Positions 59,904-64,000 of a stretch of 64,000 bases of DNA are shown here, piece by piece (positions within the stretch are counted from its first letter, which is position 1; every line of letters starts with the position of its first letter). The stretch is from an uncultured delta proteobacterium (GTDB taxonomy: Bacteria > Desulfobacterota > Binatia > UBA9968): NCBI GenBank assembly GCA_963840855.1, contig CAWJBB010000021.1:32001-96000 (forward strand), read 5' to 3'. The position numbers and the translations under genes were made by a program. The notes beneath the pieces were generated by a model. That model worked only from the letters and a program-made list of their open reading frames with translations, had not been told where the DNA came from and did not search any database.

Positions 59904-62117
59904 TTACTGAAGCTCTTCATTGGCAGGACGCGCCGATTGAGGCATCTCGCTCATTCGGCCCCGCGCCCGCACGGCTTTAAATACGCCCTTCACCTTCGAT
60001 ATGTTCTGGAGCACGCGCTTCAGGTGCTCGGAGTTCTTAATCATGACCTCGAAGGTATTGAGCGCGCGCTGATCGGCAAAAGTCCGGATCTGCGCCCGCG
60101 CGATATTGGCCTCGGCGCTGGTGATCGCCGAGCTGATGGCCGCCAGCAGTCCAGGCTGATCGACGCAGGTCACGTCGATTTTCACCGGCCGCGGCGATTG
60201 GCCGTCTTCTTCCCAACTGACCTCGACCTTGCGGTTCGGGTCGCTTTCTAGAATCGTCGGGCAACCGACGGTGTGCACCGTAACGCCTCTGCCTCTCGTG
60301 ATGAACCCGAGAACCGGCTCTCCCGGCAATGGGTGGCAGCAAAGAGCGAAGCGGATCAGAACATCGTCGATGCCTTTGACGCGTATCCCCATGCCCCGTT
60401 TCTGATTGGAGACGAGGCGAAATAGGCTTTCGAGGGAGCCGCCCGATTTTTTGGGGCCAAGATCCAATTTATCCGGCGGCAGGAGCTTGGCCAGAACATG
60501 GCGCGTGGTGATCCGGCCGTACCCCAGTGACGAGAGCAAGGCCTCTTCGTCCTTTAAGCCCAACTCTTTAGTCAGCCCCTCGATCCTGCCGTCGCGTTGC
60601 AAGGTCGAGTAGTCCATTTGATGGCGGTGCAAGTCGCCGTCGAGAATTTCTCGGCCGATGACGACGCTGCGCTCGCGCTGCTGCGCTTTGAGCCATGCGC
60701 GGATCTTCGATTTGGCGCGCGGCGTTTTCGCCCACTTGAGCCAATCACGGTTCGGCGCCTGCTGTTCCGTGGTGATAATTTCCACGGTGTCACCGCCGCG
60801 CAAGATATATTTCAGCGACACCAACTGGCCATTGACCCGCGCCCCGGAACAACGGTGCCCCACCTCGGAGTGAATCCGGTAGGCAAAGTCGATAACCGTC
60901 GAGCCTTTGGGAAAGTTCAAAAGATCGCCCTTGGGCGTAAAAACGTACATTCCGGTGGAAAACAAGTCCTCTTTCAAACTATGGAGAAACTCCTGCGGGT
61001 CCTGCATCTGCTCCTGCCATTCGAGCAACTGGCGCAGCCAGGAGAAGCGCTGGAAGTCGCTCACCTGAAAATCTTCACCGTCCTTATAGCGCCAGTGAGC
61101 GGCGATCCCTTCCTCGGCGACGCGGTGCATTTCATTGGTGCGAATCTGGATTTCGATACGCTCGCCGTAGGGGCCGATGACGCTGGTGTGAAGCGACTGG
61201 TACATGTTGGGTTTCGGTATTGCAATGTAGTCCTTGAAACGGCCAGGCACGGGCCGCCACTGGGAATGGATGACGCCCAGCGCCTCGTAGCACTCCCGCG
61301 GCGTGTCCACCAGCACCCGAAACGCGACAAGATCGTAAATCTGGTCGTAGAGCAGGTGCTGGCTTTCCATTTTTTGATAGATGCTGTAGAAGTGCTTCGA
61401 GCGGCCGCTCACTTCCGCGTCGATGCCCTCGGTGTCGAGCTTCTTGCTGATGATCGAAATGACTTCTTCAATATATTTGTCGCGGTCGCCTTTTTTCTTG
61501 GCGACGTTGCGCTTGAGTTGGTAGTAAATTTCCGGGTGAAGATGTTTGAGCGCCAGGTCCTCTAGCTCACTCTTGATCCATGCGATGCCGAGGCGGTGGG
61601 ACAGCGGCGCGTAGATTTCCAAGGTTTCTTCCGCCGTGCGGATCTGTTTATCCAGCGGCATATGGCTCAACGTTCGCATGTTATGGACTCGGTCGGCCAG
61701 CTTGACCAGGATCACCCGGACGTCTTTACCCATCGCCAGGATCATCTTGCGGAAGTTCTCCGCTTGCTTTTCCTGGTGGCTGCTATATTCCGCATGGCCG
61801 AGTTTAGTGACGCCGTCCACCAAAGCGGCGATCTCGTCCCCGAACTGGCTGATCAGTTCGTCCAGCGTGGTAAGCGTGTCCTCCACCGTGTCGTGGAGCA
61901 GCCCGGCCACGATGCTTGGCACGTCGAGTTTGAGATCGGCGATGATGTCGGCCACTGCCAGGGGGTGAATAAGGTAGGGTTCGCCGGATAGCCGTTTTTG
62001 CCCACGGTGAACCTCGGCGGAAAACTCGTAGGCCGAGCGGATGATCCCGGCGTCCGCCGCGGGATAGTAGGACTGAACCTTTTCAATCAGATCGTTGATG
62101 CGCATGTCTTTGCTCAT
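59904..62117 (-). CDS. relA: Bifunctional (p)ppGpp synthetase/hydrolase (Rel/SpoT)
   Basis: HD motif LHDTVED, RFKD, YQSLH, TGS and ACT domains. Confidence 0.95.
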   Translation of the reverse strand: MSKDMRINDLIEKVQSYYPAADAGIIRSAYEFSAEVHRGQKRLSGEPYLIHPLAVADIIADLKLDVPSIVAGLLHDTVEDTLTTLDELISQFGDEIAALVDGVTKLGHAEYSSHQEKQAENFRKMILAMGKDVRVILVKLADRVHNMRTLSHMPLDKQIRTAEETLEIYAPLSHRLGIAWIKSELEDLALKHLHPEIYYQLKRNVAKKKGDRDKYIEEVISIISKKLDTEGIDAEVSGRSKHFYSIYQKMESQHLLYDQIYDLVAFRVLVDTPRECYEALGVIHSQWRPVPGRFKDYIAIPKPNMYQSLHTSVIGPYGERIEIQIRTNEMHRVAEEGIAAHWRYKDGEDFQVSDFQRFSWLRQLLEWQEQMQDPQEFLHSLKEDLFSTGMYVFTPKGDLLNFPKGSTVIDFAYRIHSEVGHRCSGARVNGQLVSLKYILRGGDTVEIITTEQQAPNRDWLKWAKTPRAKSKIRAWLKAQQRERSVVIGREILDGDLHRHQMDYSTLQRDGRIEGLTKELGLKDEEALLSSLGYGRITTRHVLAKLLPPDKLDLGPKKSGGSLESLFRLVSNQKRGMGIRVKGIDDVLIRFALCCHPLPGEPVLGFITRGRGVTVHTVGCPTILESDPNRKVEVSWEEDGQSPRPVKIDVTCVDQPGLLAAISSAITSAEANIARAQIRTFADQRALNTFEVMIKNSEHLKRVLQNISKVKGVFKAVRARGRMSEMPQSARPANEELQ

Positions 62118-62746
62118 GGCCGTTTACGCCGAGACAACGGCTCTAGTCGCCACTCGCTGACCCGCGCGGTCCTCGCTCGCTCGGCTTGAACGATGGATTG
62201 CAACGCCTCCACCGCCGCGGCGACGTCGCGGTTCACGATATAATAATCATACTGGATAACGCGTTGAATTTCATCCTGGGCATTGGCCAGCCGCCGCCGG
62301 ATCACCGCGGCGTGGTCGGTCCCTCTGAGTTTCAGCCTGCGCTCCAGTTCGGACCTCGAAGGGGGCAATAGAAATACCGAAACCGCGTCGGGGTACGCGC
62401 CCTTGATCTTTTTTGCCCCCTGGACGTCGATATCGAGGAGAATGTCTTGCCCGGCGCTGAGACAGCGGTCCAGCGGTTTTCGCGGAGTGCCATAAAGAAA
62501 ACCATGAACTTCCGCCCACTCGGCGAATTCACCGCGGGCCCGCATCGCGACAAACCGGTCTTTGCTGACAAAGCGGTAATGGCGGCCGTTGACCTCGCCG
62601 CGGCGCCGCGCCCGGGTCGTGCAGGAGACCGAGAGTTTGATATCCGGGTAGCGCCCGCGCAGCCCTTTGGTCAAAGTGGTCTTGCCTGCTCCCGACGGTG
62701 CCGAGAGGATAAAGATAATTCCCCGGCGCTTGGCCAAACGCGTCAT
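62114..62746 (-). CDS. gmk: Guanylate kinase
   Basis: APSGAGKT, TTRARR, YGT, DIDVQG. Confidence 0.95.
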   Translation of the reverse strand: MTRLAKRRGIIFILSAPSGAGKTTLTKGLRGRYPDIKLSVSCTTRARRRGEVNGRHYRFVSKDRFVAMRARGEFAEWAEVHGFLYGTPRKPLDRCLSAGQDILLDIDVQGAKKIKGAYPDAVSVFLLPPSRSELERRLKLRGTDHAAVIRRRLANAQDEIQRVIQYDYYIVNRDVAAAVEALQSIVQAERARTARVSEWRLEPLSRRKRP

Positions 62747-63606
62747 TCGATATTCTGGGTTTGTTCGCGGATCTTCTCCACGCGTTCCTTGCCCGCCAAG
62801 ACCAACTGCACAACGTCGAGCTGGGGCACTTTAGAGCTGATGGTATTCAATTCGCGCTGGATTTCTTGAAGCATGAAGTCAATCTTTTTCCCCACCGATC
62901 CCGCGTCGTGCAGAGCGCCGGCTAACGCCGCCACGTGGGTTTTCAAGCGCACCACCTCTTCATTGATATCCCCTTTAAACGCCCAGGCCGGCGCTTCTCC
63001 GTCTGAATCGCCGCGCGGCGCACCGTTGCTTTCCTTTATTGCGCTGGCAGACTTAATCAGCCGGGTGCCGATCGCCCCCGCGCGCGCTTCGATCTCGGCG
63101 CTGACCTGTTTTAGAAAAGCAACCTGGGACAGCATATCGGCCGCCAGCTGACGGCCTTCGCGCTGGCGTGATTGATCGAGTTTGCGCAGCGCCGATTTAA
63201 GCGCTTGTAACAACGCTGCTCTTTCCGCTTTGGCGTCGACCTCATTATCGCGCACGCGAAAGAGGTCCGGACCGCTAGTCAGTAGCGCCACATCAAGATC
63301 ACCGGCAAGGCGAAACTTCTTCTTTGCCGCCTTGATCGACCCCAGGTACTGCCGCAACAATGCTTCGTCCAGCTCCAACGTGCGCTCCGTGCCCTTGGCG
63401 GCAAAGCGATTGACAAACAGATCGACGCGACCGCGCGTGATGCGCTCGCGCAGTTGCTTGCGAATCTCTTCTTCGAACCCCAGATATTCCCGCGGCACGC
63501 GCACCTGCAAATCCAAGTGCCTGTGATTCAGGCTGCGCACTTGAATGGAAATCTTCGTGCCGCGGACCTGCTGGACCGCCTCGCCGTATCCGGTCATGCT
63601 TCTCAT
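62743..63606 (-). CDS. yicC: YicC/RloC family endoribonuclease
   Basis: SMTGYG, SLNHRHL, DINEEVVRL, RELNTISSK, IREQTQNIE. Confidence 0.9.
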   Translation of the reverse strand: MRSMTGYGEAVQQVRGTKISIQVRSLNHRHLDLQVRVPREYLGFEEEIRKQLRERITRGRVDLFVNRFAAKGTERTLELDEALLRQYLGSIKAAKKKFRLAGDLDVALLTSGPDLFRVRDNEVDAKAERAALLQALKSALRKLDQSRQREGRQLAADMLSQVAFLKQVSAEIEARAGAIGTRLIKSASAIKESNGAPRGDSDGEAPAWAFKGDINEEVVRLKTHVAALAGALHDAGSVGKKIDFMLQEIQRELNTISSKVPQLDVVQLVLAGKERVEKIREQTQNIE

Positions 63607-63697
63607 AGCTGTTTTTCCTTAAGGAGCTGTCTGAGTTTTTGCTGCGCCACAGCTCCATGACGTCCAATAATGACCTGATTGCCGCCATCAGTGAAAG

Positions 63698-64000
63698 TCA
63701 TCCTCGATCTTCGAGCAGTTCGTAATAGTAAACTTCATTACCAGCCGCCATCCGTTCCACAGTGAAATGCTTGCGCACATGCGCCGCGGCCGACCGTCCC
63801 ATGGCTCGCGCCCGGCTCGGATCGGCGATCAATTTGGCGATGGCGTCACTGAGCGCCTTGCTGTCCCGCGGCGGAACCAGGAAACCCGTAAGGCCATCGG
63901 TAATCACGTCGGTTAGACCTCCGACACGGCTGGCCACAACCGCTTTCCCCGCCGCCATCGCTTCGAGCGCCGCGACGCCGAGCCCCTCGTACAATGAAGG
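63698..64000 (-). CDS. GT4 glycosyltransferase C-terminus (partial)
   Basis: EGLGVAALEAMAAG, VGG, GFLVPP. Confidence 0.85.
   Translation of the reverse strand, partial: PSLYEGLGVAALEAMAAGKAVVASRVGGLTDVITDGLTGFLVPPRDSKALSDAIAKLIADPSRARAMGRSAAAHVRKHFTVERMAAGNEVYYYELLEDRG

Noticed and set aside
1-64000. tRNA, rRNA or riboswitch
   Set aside because: None recognised by eye; tRNAscan-SE and Infernal would be needed to exclude them

Overview
GC-rich bacterial chromosomal window. Many TauT/NMT1-type substrate-binding proteins, an amidohydrolase, UbiD and a Mo-hydroxylase suggest a deltaproteobacteria-like or Candidatus Binatia genome (inference only). 1-14 kb holds catabolic and ABC-transport genes. 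About 14.1-24 kb is an integron: roughly 10 intact or degenerate attC sites and about 12 minus-strand cassettes. Its integrase gene is internally deleted and lies co-oriented with and upstream of the array (reverse architecture). The integrase remnant ends a same-strand SOS-type run: lexA (probably leaderless, with a palindromic operator), four-helix-bundle gene, imuA, imuB, tcmP, DUF5131, intI. No dnaE2 is present in the window. 29-64 kb is mostly core genes: VWA/AAA pair, ihfB, sppA, rpsA, cmk, aroA, tyrA, hisC, pheA, cobW-like, miaA, mutL, coxMLS-like, ubiD, rpmB, rel, gmk, yicC. At least 13 intergenic loci carry arms of 7-9 nt tandem repeats (mainly GTTCAA...TTGAAC), mostly as inverted pairs, and one pair brackets the four-helix-bundle gene. 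Many small frameshifts, concentrated at 16-28.4 kb, may be long-read consensus errors rather than true pseudogenes. All calls come from motif recognition by eye; no searches were run.
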